32,000 bases of DNA, taken from positions 1,171-33,170 of the forward strand of contig JAQTNI010000010.1 in NCBI GenBank assembly GCA_028713935.1, written 5' to 3'. The notes under the pieces were generated by a model. That model saw only the letters and a list, made by a program, of their open reading frames with translations. It was not told the origin of the DNA and made no database searches. Below are positions 8,746 to 17,030 of the stretch, in pieces (the first letter of the stretch is position 1; each line of letters starts with the position of its first letter). The stretch comes from Candidatus Iainarchaeum sp. (GTDB lineage Archaea; Iainarchaeota; Iainarchaeia; Iainarchaeales; GCA-2688035). The position numbers and the translations under genes are program-made.

Positions 8746-8861
8746 CAGGATTCTTTCTTTTGGGCACCTTGCACTTTTCTTCCTTGTGAAGCAAAGCTTC
8801 ACGAGGCCTCGCAAACCGCAAGGTTTGCAAGGTCTTGCAAAGAAAGAAAAGGGCGGACCTC
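8746..8861. repeat. Intergenic structured element, copy A (polypyrimidine arms, inserted hairpins, polypurine arm)
   Basis: Layout: CAGGA-TTCTTTCTTTT (8751-8761), GGGCACCTTGCAC, TTTTCTTCCTT (8775-8785), then an inner segment of about 53 nt, then AAAGAAAGAAAA (8839-8850), then GGGCGG. The inner segment holds perfect hairpins GTGAAGC-AAA-GCTTCAC (8786-8802) and GCAAACC-GCAA-GGTTTGC (8811-8828), plus the palindrome CGAGGCCTCG. The outer parts align with copy B at 27371-27434. Confidence 0.6.
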
Positions 8862-8885
8862 AAAAAAATTTTAGAAAAATTATAA

Positions 8886-9464
8886 TTACAATTCTGCAGT
8901 TTCTTGAAGAGCAGGCTGTGACTCGTATTCTGAGGAAAGCTTGCGGGTTTCTGAATTTCCACAGCTGGTGCATTTCAAGCCCCTGCCAGAAAGCTGCAAA
9001 GGATGCCTGCATTTGCTGCAAAAAGCCTTTATCACTCCAAGTTCTGCTTCGTTTGTCCTAAGGTCAATTCCCCATGGCTTTGCTTCAGAAACCTTGGCTT
9101 TTACAAAATCGCCTATTTTGAATTCCTGCTTCAAATTCTCAATGTATTCCCTTGAAACATTTCTCACGGGAAGCATTGCATAAGAACTGCCAACAACCTG
9201 CCTTTCTGAAGCGCTTTTCAGCGAGGACAATTCTATTGAAACAGAATTTGTCCTGACAAGATTTACAATGCCAAAAACAATGCTGCCAACCGCAATCGGG
9301 GCAAGCACTTTTGCCTTTGCAATTGAAATCACTTTTCTCTTTGTGTCCTCACTTGGCTTTCCAATGGAGTCTGAAAAAATGTCTCCGTTTTCTTCAAAAG
9401 TATTTTCGCCTTTTGAAAATTCCTCTTCAGTAGCCAAAAATTCACCTGGCAAAGAACATTTCAT
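8886..9464 (-). CDS. csl4: Exosome complex RNA-binding protein Csl4 (S1 domain plus zinc ribbon)
   Basis: S1-like segment GDFVKAKVSEAKPWGIDLRTNEAELGVIKA, followed by the Zn-ribbon CSKCRHPL...CTSCG. Adjacent to rpoL, as in many archaea. Confidence 0.78.
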   Translation of the reverse strand: MKCSLPGEFLATEEEFSKGENTFEENGDIFSDSIGKPSEDTKRKVISIAKAKVLAPIAVGSIVFGIVNLVRTNSVSIELSSLKSASERQVVGSSYAMLPVRNVSREYIENLKQEFKIGDFVKAKVSEAKPWGIDLRTNEAELGVIKAFCSKCRHPLQLSGRGLKCTSCGNSETRKLSSEYESQPALQETAEL

Positions 9465-9559
9465 AAAAAAACCTCAAAAATAGGAAAAAGATTAATAATT
9501 CAGCTTTCCTCATTCTCTAATATAATAATTATAAAATCACAAAATATTTAAAGCCACCC

Positions 9560-9583
9560 TTTCTTTTTCTTTAAAGAAAGAAA
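9560..9583. repeat. Polypyrimidine/polypurine palindrome, copy C of the AAAGAAAGAAA motif
   Basis: TTTCTTTTTCTTT immediately followed by AAAGAAAGAAA, flanked by CCC...GGG. It sits in the divergent csl4 / SpoIIM-like intergenic region. The 11-mer AAAGAAAGAAA occurs only three times in the window, all intergenic. Confidence 0.5.
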
Positions 9584-9590
9584 CTCGGGA

Positions 9591-10490
9591 ATGATTTGTA
9601 TGGTTCTGGAAACGCTTTTCACTGCAAAAACAATCCACAGGCATCCCCTGCTAATGGTGCTTCACGCAATAATAATGAGCAGCATTGCAATGTTCATAGC
9701 ATACTATGTTTTCAGGGAAAACTCGAGCTGGCTAGGAATAGCGTTTTTCACAATCGGCCTTATTCCCCTAATGGAAACACTTTTGAAGCACGAGGAAAAA
9801 AAAGAAGCAAGGCATCCCGGCTTTGCCCCTACCTTCCTTGCAAGGCATTTTAACATACTCCAGGCATTTGCATGGATTTTCATTGGCCTGATAATCAGCT
9901 ATGCCTTCTGGTACTCAGTGCTGCCAGTGGAAATGGAAAAAAACATTTTTTCTGCCCAGGAATCAAGCTTAACCCAGATAGGGCAGTTGAAAAGTGATCT
10001 GTCAGGAGAAGGAATGTTTGCTGCGGAAGAAAGCCCCTGTGGAAGAAACGCTTTCTGCTGGTTTGAAGCAATTGCAATAAACAATGCCTCTGTGCTTGCT
10101 CTTGCAATAATATTGTCAATTGTTTTCGGGGCAGGGGCGATTTTTTTGATTGCCTGGAATGCTTCAATAATCGGAGTTGTAATCGGAAAAGATGTCCTTG
10201 CGCTTGCAGCAAGCTATACCCAGTTTGGATTGTTCAATGGGCTAATTGCTTTTTCACACGGCATGTTTAATGCATTAGGCCTTGTTCCTCACGGCTTGTT
10301 CGAAGCATCTGGCTATTTCATTGGAGCAATTGCAGGCGCAATAATTGGAATAATGATTACAAAAAGGCATTATTACAGGCACGAGCCTGGCACAATTGCA
10401 AAAGATGCCTTTCTCCTGGTAATAACTGCTTTTGCCTGCATTGCAATAGGCGCGGCAATAGAAGCACTTGTGATTGTTTCAAGCTTTTGA
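9591..10490 (+). CDS. SpoIIM/DUF95-like integral membrane protein
   Basis: Multi-TM protein with the family-typical segment FEAIAINNASVLALAIILSIVFGAGAIFLIAWNASIIGVVIG. Confidence 0.6.
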   Translation: MICMVLETLFTAKTIHRHPLLMVLHAIIMSSIAMFIAYYVFRENSSWLGIAFFTIGLIPLMETLLKHEEKKEARHPGFAPTFLARHFNILQAFAWIFIGLIISYAFWYSVLPVEMEKNIFSAQESSLTQIGQLKSDLSGEGMFAAEESPCGRNAFCWFEAIAINNASVLALAIILSIVFGAGAIFLIAWNASIIGVVIGKDVLALAASYTQFGLFNGLIAFSHGMFNALGLVPHGLFEASGYFIGAIAGAIIGIMITKRHYYRHEPGTIAKDAFLLVITAFACIAIGAAIEALVIVSSF

Positions 10491-10555
10491 ATCGCATAAT
10501 GCTCCAAACCAAAAATAGTGAAATACGCCGAAATACGATTAATCACTTTTTTTAT

Positions 10556-10774
10556 TTATGCTGTGGCTTTTGCCGGAATTGTTTCAAAGCTTATTTTTTG
10601 AAAGGCCTCTTTTGGAAGATTTTCTGAAACATCCAAAATTTCTAGGCCGATTACTTTTCCTTTTTTGTCCAAGTCTAAAATAAAGCCTTCTTTTATTTCG
10701 TCACTTTCAAAATAAGGCTCTTCGCTGAAACGAATGTAAATCGCGTCAGCTTTTGCATCGAATTTTACTCTCAT
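10556..10774 (-). CDS. DUF2283 family protein (putative antitoxin partner of DUF4258)
   Basis: MRVKFDAKADAIYIRFSEEPYFESDEIKEGFILDLDKKGKVIGLEILDVS matches the DUF2283 pattern (YD.E.D.LYI.....S.E....I.D.D..G...GIEIL). Its start overlaps the upstream stop as ATGA. Confidence 0.75.
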   Translation of the reverse strand: MRVKFDAKADAIYIRFSEEPYFESDEIKEGFILDLDKKGKVIGLEILDVSENLPKEAFQKISFETIPAKATA

Positions 10775-11028
10775 TCTTTCACCACATATTTTTCAATTCT
10801 TGTTGTTTTGTAAGCGCTTAGCACTACAAAGTCAGAGTTCTCTATTACATATATTACTCTCAACAAAAATTTAAAGCCCTTTGCCTGAAAAACTTTCTGC
10901 GCAATCTTCCTGTTGTTTTTGGAGTCAACAATATTATCGGGGTTTAGCAAAGTTTCTTCAACCTGCTTTTTATCCAACAAGCGCTCCTTAATTTGATTCT
11001 CAGCATGGGCTTCAAACTTTATTCTCAT
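10771..11028 (-). CDS. DUF4258 family protein (putative toxin)
   Basis: From ATG 11028: MRIKFEAHAENQIKERLLDKKQVEETLLNPDNIVDS...FLLRVIYVIENSDFVVLSAYKTT. This is DUF4258-like (HA..R..ER.I....V...), and it is paired with DUF2283. Confidence 0.7.
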   Translation of the reverse strand: MRIKFEAHAENQIKERLLDKKQVEETLLNPDNIVDSKNNRKIAQKVFQAKGFKFLLRVIYVIENSDFVVLSAYKTTRIEKYVVKE

Positions 11029-11243
11029 AAAAACCGCTCTTTCCAAATTTTGCTTGTTCGGATTATTTTTGCTTTTTCAAAATAACTTCTTTTTGGAACC
11101 AAATTTCCGCTGTTCGTTCTTGGAAAAATTTTGATCTGCTGCGTTACGCTGGGCTGAGTAAATCCAGGTGATTGCTGGCAAGTTATTCTTTGGCTATTCC
11201 CATTGCTTAACAGCTTTTTCCAATTGTTTAGACAAATCAGCAA
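11025..11243 (-). CDS. Possible small HTH-like protein at the head of the DUF4258/DUF2283 pair
   Basis: 72-aa ORF with a TTG start. Its TGA stop overlaps the DUF4258 ATG as ATGA. The segment SPGFTQPSVTQQIKIFPRTNSGN loosely resembles the XRE-type HTH pattern (G.SQ.TIS..E.G). It overlaps the 3' end of the upstream gene by 50 nt, so the real start, if any, is uncertain. Confidence 0.25.
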   Translation of the reverse strand: MLICLNNWKKLLSNGNSQRITCQQSPGFTQPSVTQQIKIFPRTNSGNLVPKRSYFEKAKIIRTSKIWKERFL

Positions 11244-11601
11244 TATCTTTGTAGTAAATTATTTTCTTTGTGCAGGGAATTCCAGCAATCATTTTGGATG
11301 GTTTGATTCCTTTTTTGCAAAGTGCAATGCAGGGAATGCCATGTTCCTGCGCCATTTGGAATTCCATTCCAACTCCAATAGACGGGCTTGAAACCTCGCC
11401 AATAAACAAATCACAATCAGTTATGGTTTTATATGTGCGGCCATAAAATTCTTGGGGGCTTTCCTTTGAATTCCAAAAATCGGGATATGTTCCAATGACC
11501 TTATCAAAATGTTTTTTGCATAGCTTTGTTAGGTGCCTATAAATGGGAAGGTAACTTTTTCCAAACAAATGAATCGGCCCAAAAACATAAACTTTGCTCA
11601 T
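11194..11601 (-). CDS. Nucleoside 2-deoxyribosyltransferase-like protein
   Basis: 135 aa. MSKVYVFGPI...CDLFIGEVSSPSIGVGMEFQMAQEHGIPCIAL matches the NDT/Rcl-family core (D..IA.....PS.GV..E...A...G.P). Confidence 0.6.
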   Translation of the reverse strand: MSKVYVFGPIHLFGKSYLPIYRHLTKLCKKHFDKVIGTYPDFWNSKESPQEFYGRTYKTITDCDLFIGEVSSPSIGVGMEFQMAQEHGIPCIALCKKGIKPSKMIAGIPCTKKIIYYKDIADLSKQLEKAVKQWE

Positions 11602-11652
11602 TTACTATCCCGACTTAATATTCAATTAGGCCAAGCTGGATTTGAACCCACA

Positions 11653-12618
11653 TTATTTTTCAAGTATTTTTTTCAAAGCCGGCTTGTATTTTTTGAATAG
11701 TGATTCAAGTTCATCTGAATCTTTAAGGGTTGCCCGGCTTGCAAGGGTTCCGCCGATTGCTTCCGCAAGCTTTGTTAATTCCATAGGAAAAAAGAATTTT
11801 GTGCTTCTTCCCTCGCCAAGCTTTTCAAGCGCCCTGATATAGTAATATGCAAGCGCCTTGTCTGACAATTGCTCTGCGGCTGCTTTTACTGCTTCTATTT
11901 CAAGCTTGTGGGCATCTGCAAGCTGGCTTCTTGCAAACTTTTGCTGTTCAGCGGCTTTCTGATTTGTCAATGCATCTTCAAGTTCTTTTGGAATTTTAAT
12001 GTTTGAAATCTGGACAGCCTCAACAGTTACTCCCCATGCCTCGGCAATTTTTTCAATTTCGGAAAGGACACGCTTGTTGAATTCAGAAATATTCGTGATC
12101 AGCTCTGTAAAACTTAATGTTCCTGAAACATCTCTCACTGTTGACTTTACAAATTCCTCTGCCGCCTTTTCATAATCCTTTATTTCCACTACACTCTTGA
12201 CTACTGACTGGTTGTCTGGCTTTACATACAAATAAATTATTGCATCAATTGTGAGGACAATCTTGTCGGAAGTGATTACTTCCTGGGGAGGAATGTCAAT
12301 TGTGTGGGTTCTCAAATCAACTATTTTGAAGGATTCAATTATTGGCAAAACAAATGTCCAGCCAGGGCCTCCCACACGCACTACTTTTCCAAACCTGTAA
12401 ATTACTGCCCTTTCATATTCTTTCAGAGTCAGGAGAAAATCGTATCTCCAAATAAGAAAGCCCAGAATAAAAAGAATTGAAACTGAAAGCAGGATATATG
12501 CAAAAAAAGTCATGTTTGTAAACGCCAAATAAATAATTGTGATTATCAGGACAATTAGGAGCAGGAAAATTCCCTGCTTTATTTTGTGCGATTCCACATT
12601 TGAAAATCTTTTTGTCAC
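11653..12618 (-). CDS. SPFH/band-7 (stomatin/prohibitin-like) membrane protein
   Basis: N-terminal TM helices, then EYERAVIYRFGKVVRVGGPGWTFVLPIIESFKIVDLRTHTIDIPPQEVITSDKIVLTIDAIIY (SPFH core) and a coiled-coil tail. GTG start. Confidence 0.85.
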   Translation of the reverse strand: MTKRFSNVESHKIKQGIFLLLIVLIITIIYLAFTNMTFFAYILLSVSILFILGFLIWRYDFLLTLKEYERAVIYRFGKVVRVGGPGWTFVLPIIESFKIVDLRTHTIDIPPQEVITSDKIVLTIDAIIYLYVKPDNQSVVKSVVEIKDYEKAAEEFVKSTVRDVSGTLSFTELITNISEFNKRVLSEIEKIAEAWGVTVEAVQISNIKIPKELEDALTNQKAAEQQKFARSQLADAHKLEIEAVKAAAEQLSDKALAYYYIRALEKLGEGRSTKFFFPMELTKLAEAIGGTLASRATLKDSDELESLFKKYKPALKKILEK

Positions 12619-12701
12619 AAAAAAAACCTGCTTTGTACAAACACTTGGTACGATAATCCTTTAATTGTTAAATATAAATACTTAATTGAGTATATATTAT
12701 T

Positions 12702-13958
12702 TTGGTAGCAACAAACGGTGGTTTTTTGGAAAAAATCCTGATTATTTGCGTTGACAGGGACAATGATTTGGGCAGAAAAACAGACGTGCAAGGCCCTGTC
12801 ATTGGACGGGAACCAAACCTGAAAGCGGCTTCAAAGCTCGCCCTTGCAGACCCCACAGAGGCGGATGCAAACTGCATTTTTGCAGCAGTAAAAAAATTTG
12901 ACGAATTAAAGGCAAAATTTCCCAACCTTGAAATTGCAACAGTAACAGGCATTGGAAAATCCGGATTTGAATCCGACAGGGAAATAAGCAGGCAGCTTGA
13001 TATTGTGCTGGAAAAATTTCCTGCTGAGGGGCTTGTGCTTGTAACTGACGGAGCAGAAGACGACCAGGTATTGCCAATCCTGCAAAGCAGGTCGAGAATT
13101 GTTTCAAAAGAAACCCTGATAATAAAACAGGCAATGGAAATAGAATCAGCTTTTTTCACTGTAAAAGAAGCCCTGAAAGACCCTTACATTGCAAGAATTG
13201 CATTTGGATTGCCTGGAATTGTATTGCTGTTTTACGCATTGACATACATTTACGGGGCACAGGCGCTTTTCATACAGGGCTTAATGCTAATAGTGGGGAT
13301 TTACCTTCTCCTGAAGGGGTTTGGCATAGAAGAAATAGCAATTTCAAGCCTGAGAAGGGTTACAAAGGGAATTTCTCTGCAAAGAATAAGCTCCTTGTTT
13401 TACATTGGGGCTTTTTTCATAATTGCTTTCGGCGCATACACTGCGTTCAATAATTTTGTTGGCATTCAAATGACAGACCTGCTTCTGGATTCAGTGAGCG
13501 TAATCCATTCAACATACATTTTCGTGGTTTTAGCGGCAATGAGCATGATAATAGGGAGAATACTTGATTTGCTGCATTTCAAAAAAGCATATCTGATAAG
13601 AAGATACCTGTTTACTGGTGTTTCAATAATAATGGTCTGGTTTGTATTGGACGCGGGAACACTTGTTTTTCTCAGGCAGGCAGACCTTGCATGGTTCCTA
13701 ATGACTTTAATAGGAAGCTTTGCAATACTGCTGGTTTCTTTCAGGGCACTAAGCATAATGGACATAAAAAAGAAAATAACAAAATTATTGATTGGATTGC
13801 CTGTTTACAACAAGGAAGGCAAATGGCTTGGCAAAGTTGAAAAAATCAACAAGGCCAAAAACACAATTGCATTTGTTGATTCAAAAACAAAAGACCTAAA
13901 GGAAATCCCGAAAGAAAAATTCAAAATGAGAGAAGGAAGAATACTGCTTATGCAGTAG
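12702..13958 (+). CDS. DUF373 family archaeal membrane protein with a C-terminal PRC-barrel-like domain
   Basis: ILIICVDRDNDLGRKTDVQGPVIGREPNLKAASKLALADPTEADANCIF is the DUF373 N-terminal signature. Several TM helices follow. The tail is IGLPVYNKEGKWLGKVEKINKAKNTIAF. Confidence 0.7.
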   Translation: MVATNGGFLEKILIICVDRDNDLGRKTDVQGPVIGREPNLKAASKLALADPTEADANCIFAAVKKFDELKAKFPNLEIATVTGIGKSGFESDREISRQLDIVLEKFPAEGLVLVTDGAEDDQVLPILQSRSRIVSKETLIIKQAMEIESAFFTVKEALKDPYIARIAFGLPGIVLLFYALTYIYGAQALFIQGLMLIVGIYLLLKGFGIEEIAISSLRRVTKGISLQRISSLFYIGAFFIIAFGAYTAFNNFVGIQMTDLLLDSVSVIHSTYIFVVLAAMSMIIGRILDLLHFKKAYLIRRYLFTGVSIIMVWFVLDAGTLVFLRQADLAWFLMTLIGSFAILLVSFRALSIMDIKKKITKLLIGLPVYNKEGKWLGKVEKINKAKNTIAFVDSKTKDLKEIPKEKFKMREGRILLMQ

Positions 13959-14093
13959 CTTTTCTAATGCTGATTTCAATGCGGCGATTAATCAAGACAA
14001 AAAAATGGAGCCATAAGCGCTGTCACGTAACAGCTACTTGCACCAATCCGGAAAAAACTTCTTAAAAGGCGTACACGAAAGCGAATCGCATTA

Positions 14094-14411
14094 TTGAAAA
14101 GACAGAATGAAATGATAGAATTGAATCGCCTAATGGAACTCGGCAACGTACGAAAAGAAGCTGCCAAAACAAAAAGGTTTAAAGAATTTCGAGAGCGATC
14201 ACCCGACGAATACAAAGAGTATGTGGAAAAGTTGGGTCGTGACCCGATAGAAGTTGCCGAATTTTTCCGCCGTGTATCCGGAAAATTCCAAGAAGAATTA
14301 GGCGAAAGAGGGAGCCGCTTTCAACACCGCGTTGAACGTTTGCAAGCTCGCTTAAAACAATTGGAAGAAAAAAAGCCTCTTCCAACGTTTGAAAGGAAAG
14401 AAAAAAAGTGA
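14094..14411 (+). CDS. Hypothetical highly charged helical protein (P2)
   Basis: 105-aa Lys/Arg/Glu-rich ORF. The frame is open from 14031, where upstream codons read NRKKLLKRRTRKRIALL without a canonical start. Arg is encoded mostly by CGN, unlike the AGR-dominated neighbours. Confidence 0.4.
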   Translation: MKRQNEMIELNRLMELGNVRKEAAKTKRFKEFRERSPDEYKEYVEKLGRDPIEVAEFFRRVSGKFQEELGERGSRFQHRVERLQARLKQLEEKKPLPTFERKEKK

Positions 14412-14457
14412 ATCTCTTCTAGTTCATTTTTAAATAAATTACAGACTATCAGCGCCC

Positions 14458-15111
14458 TTAAATTTTTTGGCTTGTTTTTTTTGCATCCTCAAGAAAAGCC
14501 TGGATTCCTTTTTCTGTCAGGGGATGCTTAATCATTTTTTGCAGGACATCAAAAGGCACTGTTGCAATGTCAGCACCAAGCTTTGCTGCTTCCGCAACAT
14601 GCATCGGGTGCCGAATGCTTGCAACAATTATTTTGCATTTCAAATTATAAGCCCTGAACACCTGGACAGTGTCACGGATTAACTGCATTCCTTCTTGCCC
14701 TACATCATCAAGCCTGCCTATGAAGGGGCTGACAAAAGAAGCGCCTGCTTTTGCTGCAAGAAGAGCCTGGTTCACTGAAAAAACAAGGGTTGCATTTGTC
14801 CTTATTCCTTTTTTGCTCAATTGTTTTATGGCTTTCAGGCCTTCTGAATTCAAGGGAATTTTTATTACAACATTTTTGTGTATCTGCACAAGTTTTTCAG
14901 CTTCTGCAGCCATTTTTTGTGAATCGTCAGTGCAGAGCACTTCGGCGCTAATTGCCCCGTCAACAATTGAGCAGATTTCCCTGACTGTTTCCTTGAAATC
15001 CTTTCCTTCCTTTGCAATGAGAGAAGGATTTGTTGTTACTCCGTCAATTACCCCCCAAGAATTTGCCTCTTTTACCTGTTCAATGTTCGCGGAATCCAAA
15101 AAAAGCTGCAT
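14458..15111 (-). CDS. tal: Transaldolase / fructose-6-phosphate aldolase (short TalC/FsaA type)
   Basis: From ATG 15111: [36 protein letters not shown] ... [18 protein letters not shown] ... TNATLVFS ... SPFIGRLDD. These are diagnostic short-transaldolase motifs, including the Schiff-base Lys in IKIP. Confidence 0.88.
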   Translation of the reverse strand: MQLFLDSANIEQVKEANSWGVIDGVTTNPSLIAKEGKDFKETVREICSIVDGAISAEVLCTDDSQKMAAEAEKLVQIHKNVVIKIPLNSEGLKAIKQLSKKGIRTNATLVFSVNQALLAAKAGASFVSPFIGRLDDVGQEGMQLIRDTVQVFRAYNLKCKIIVASIRHPMHVAEAAKLGADIATVPFDVLQKMIKHPLTEKGIQAFLEDAKKTSQKI

Positions 15112-15186
15112 CAAATCCACCAAAAAAACAATAATTAGCATTTGAGGGCACATTAATTAAAAAAACAATGCATCTTATTTTCAAAA

Positions 15187-15486
15187 ATGGCGTTAAAAAT
15201 TCTTTCCAGGGCCAGGCAAGGCCTGCTGAATTCACAATTGGGGGTAAGGAATTACATAAGAAGAAGGACGAAACGAAAATTATTCAGAATGCTTGCTGAA
15301 AGAAAGCGGCTTATTGCAGAAGGCAAAAGCACAAGCCGGATTAATGAGAAAATAGGTGTTTTTAGGAAGAACATGGATAATGAATCTGTGCATGCTGTCG
15401 CAAAACTCTGGCTTTCCCCCTTGAAAGACGTGAGAGCTGCAAGAAAAATCAGGAAAGAACTGATGGGGAAAAAATTCCCAAAATAA
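15187..15486 (+). CDS. Hypothetical very basic protein (P3)
   Basis: 99-aa Arg/Lys-rich ORF (IRRRTKRKLFRMLAERKRLIAEGK). No recognisable domain. Confidence 0.4.
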   Translation: MALKILSRARQGLLNSQLGVRNYIRRRTKRKLFRMLAERKRLIAEGKSTSRINEKIGVFRKNMDNESVHAVAKLWLSPLKDVRAARKIRKELMGKKFPK

Positions 15487-15509
15487 TAATGTGGGCATTT
15501 AAAATTTTT

Positions 15510-16928
15510 TTATACTTGAACTGGCTTTGAAATTTTTTCCTTTATTTTTGGGATTTCTTTCAGGACTTTTTCCAGGGAATCCAAAAAAGAATTTTTTTTC
15601 TGGCCTGTTTCAAAAGCATTCTTCAAAACATCATTCAGGTTGCTTGCGGGGATAATTTTTATTTTTGCAAGCTCGCTTTTTGGCAGCACCACATCAAGCA
15701 TGTTTGCCTTTGGAATAATCACTTCCTTGAAGCCAGCAATTATTGCTGCCTGCACTTTTCCTGTTACACCGCCAACCGGCAAAACTTCTCCGCGCACGCT
15801 CAGGCTTCCAGTCATTGCAAGGCTTTGTTTTATTGGAATGCCTTCAAGCGCGCTGATCACTGCTGTTGCAACTGAAACGCTTGCGGAATCCCCTTCCACC
15901 CCTTCATAAGTCTGCAAAAATTGTATGTGCAAATCCCTTGTTGAAATGTCCTTTCCTGAAAGCTTTTTTATCAAAGCGGAAACGTTCTGCACTGCTTCTT
16001 TTGCAATTTCCCCAAGCTTTCCTGTTGGAATCAATTTTCCCTCTGACCTGCTTGAAGCTGGCGCAATTTCGGCTTCAATTGGCAGAATCATTCCTGCAGA
16101 GGTATCACTCATGACTGCAAGGCCGTTTACTCTTCCGATTGCAGCGCCCTTGCTTAAATAAACATCATAATCTTTTTTCATTTCAATCATTTTGTCAACC
16201 ATCTGCTGCTCCAAGGTGCGCGCAGACATTTTTGCCTGGACAATGTCTTCAATAAGGACAATGGAATGGCCTTTTTCCTTTGCAATATCGCCTGCTGCCC
16301 TAACCAGCCCGCCCAAATCCCTTAATTTCAAAGTCAATTTGTTTTTGTGGTCTGCCCTTTTTCTTGCCTCAAAAATAATTTCTTCAATTGCTTCCCTTGA
16401 AAAATGCGGGATTTTTCCATCTTTCTTGACTTCCTGGGCAACAAACTGCACAATCTTGTGCCTGTTTTCCTCTGTGTCAGGCATGTCAGTATTCATGTAA
16501 AGCTCATAGCCATAACCCCTGATTCTTGAGCGCAAAGCAGGATGGACTTTTCTTAGGTCCTTGTAATTGCCAGCTGCAACCAGGACAAAATCGCATGGAA
16601 CAGGATCTGTCCTTGTCATTGCACCGCTGCTTAATTCGCTTTGCCCAGTAATTGAATATTTTTTTTCCTGCATTGCAGTCAATAATTCCTGCTGTGCCTT
16701 TGGCGATAAAGTTGCAATTTCATCAAGAAACAAAACTCCACCTGAAGCGCGGTGAATCATTCCAGGCTCTACCCTTAAATGAGCAGGAGTCCCAAGGCCT
16801 CCGGAATTATGAACAAGAATGTCTTCTACAAAAAGGTTTCCTGTTTCAGTCGTAACATTATACACATGCCCCTTGAAAGGCAATTTTGAAACTTTTGCAG
16901 AAACAGGCTTAACAGTTTTTTCGCTCAT
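15510..16928 (-). CDS. lonB: Archaeal LonB protease C-terminal half, preceded by a C-intein
   Basis: From ATG 16928 (or TTG 16967): [41 protein letters not shown], then [30 protein letters not shown] (Walker B), the rest of the AAA+ module, and the Lon protease domain ([20 protein letters not shown] with catalytic Ser; [10 protein letters not shown] with Lys). Confidence 0.88.
   Translation of the reverse strand: MSEKTVKPVSAKVSKLPFKGHVYNVTTETGNLFVEDILVHNSGGLGTPAHLRVEPGMIHRASGGVLFLDEIATLSPKAQQELLTAMQEKKYSITGQSELSSGAMTRTDPVPCDFVLVAAGNYKDLRKVHPALRSRIRGYGYELYMNTDMPDTEENRHKIVQFVAQEVKKDGKIPHFSREAIEEIIFEARKRADHKNKLTLKLRDLGGLVRAAGDIAKEKGHSIVLIEDIVQAKMSARTLEQQMVDKMIEMKKDYDVYLSKGAAIGRVNGLAVMSDTSAGMILPIEAEIAPASSRSEGKLIPTGKLGEIAKEAVQNVSALIKKLSGKDISTRDLHIQFLQTYEGVEGDSASVSVATAVISALEGIPIKQSLAMTGSLSVRGEVLPVGGVTGKVQAAIIAGFKEVIIPKANMLDVVLPKSELAKIKIIPASNLNDVLKNAFETGQKKNSFLDSLEKVLKEIPKIKEKISKPVQV
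16806..16928 (-). mobile_element. Split-intein C-fragment (IntC) fused to the LonB C-extein
   Basis: Intein blocks F/G: [22 protein letters not shown], ending in the canonical HN. The +1 nucleophile Ser follows (codon 16805-16803). It is 41 aa from ATG 16928, a typical IntC length. Confidence 0.8.
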
Positions 16929-16950
16929 AAGAATATCACGCTTGAAAAGG

Positions 16951-16963
16951 TTAAAATAATTAT
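16951..16963 (-). promoter_or_regulatory. TATA-box-like element for independent transcription of the LonB C-half
   Basis: The reverse strand reads ATAATTATTTTAA, centred about 29 nt upstream of ATG 16928. This supports ATG 16928 as the start of a leaderless or short-leader transcript. Confidence 0.4.
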
Positions 16964-17030
16964 GCAAATTGAAGAATGCACTAATAGTTACTGAAAAGAT
17001 ACTATGGATTTAATAAAAACAAATTGAATT

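Noticed and set aside
12962-12973. GGATTTGAATCC (reverse strand GGATTCAAATCC), a T-loop-like string
   Set aside because: It lies inside the DUF373 coding sequence (GKSGFESD) with no surrounding tRNA arms, so it is a chance match. This also lowers confidence in the tRNA-like fragment at 11627-11650.
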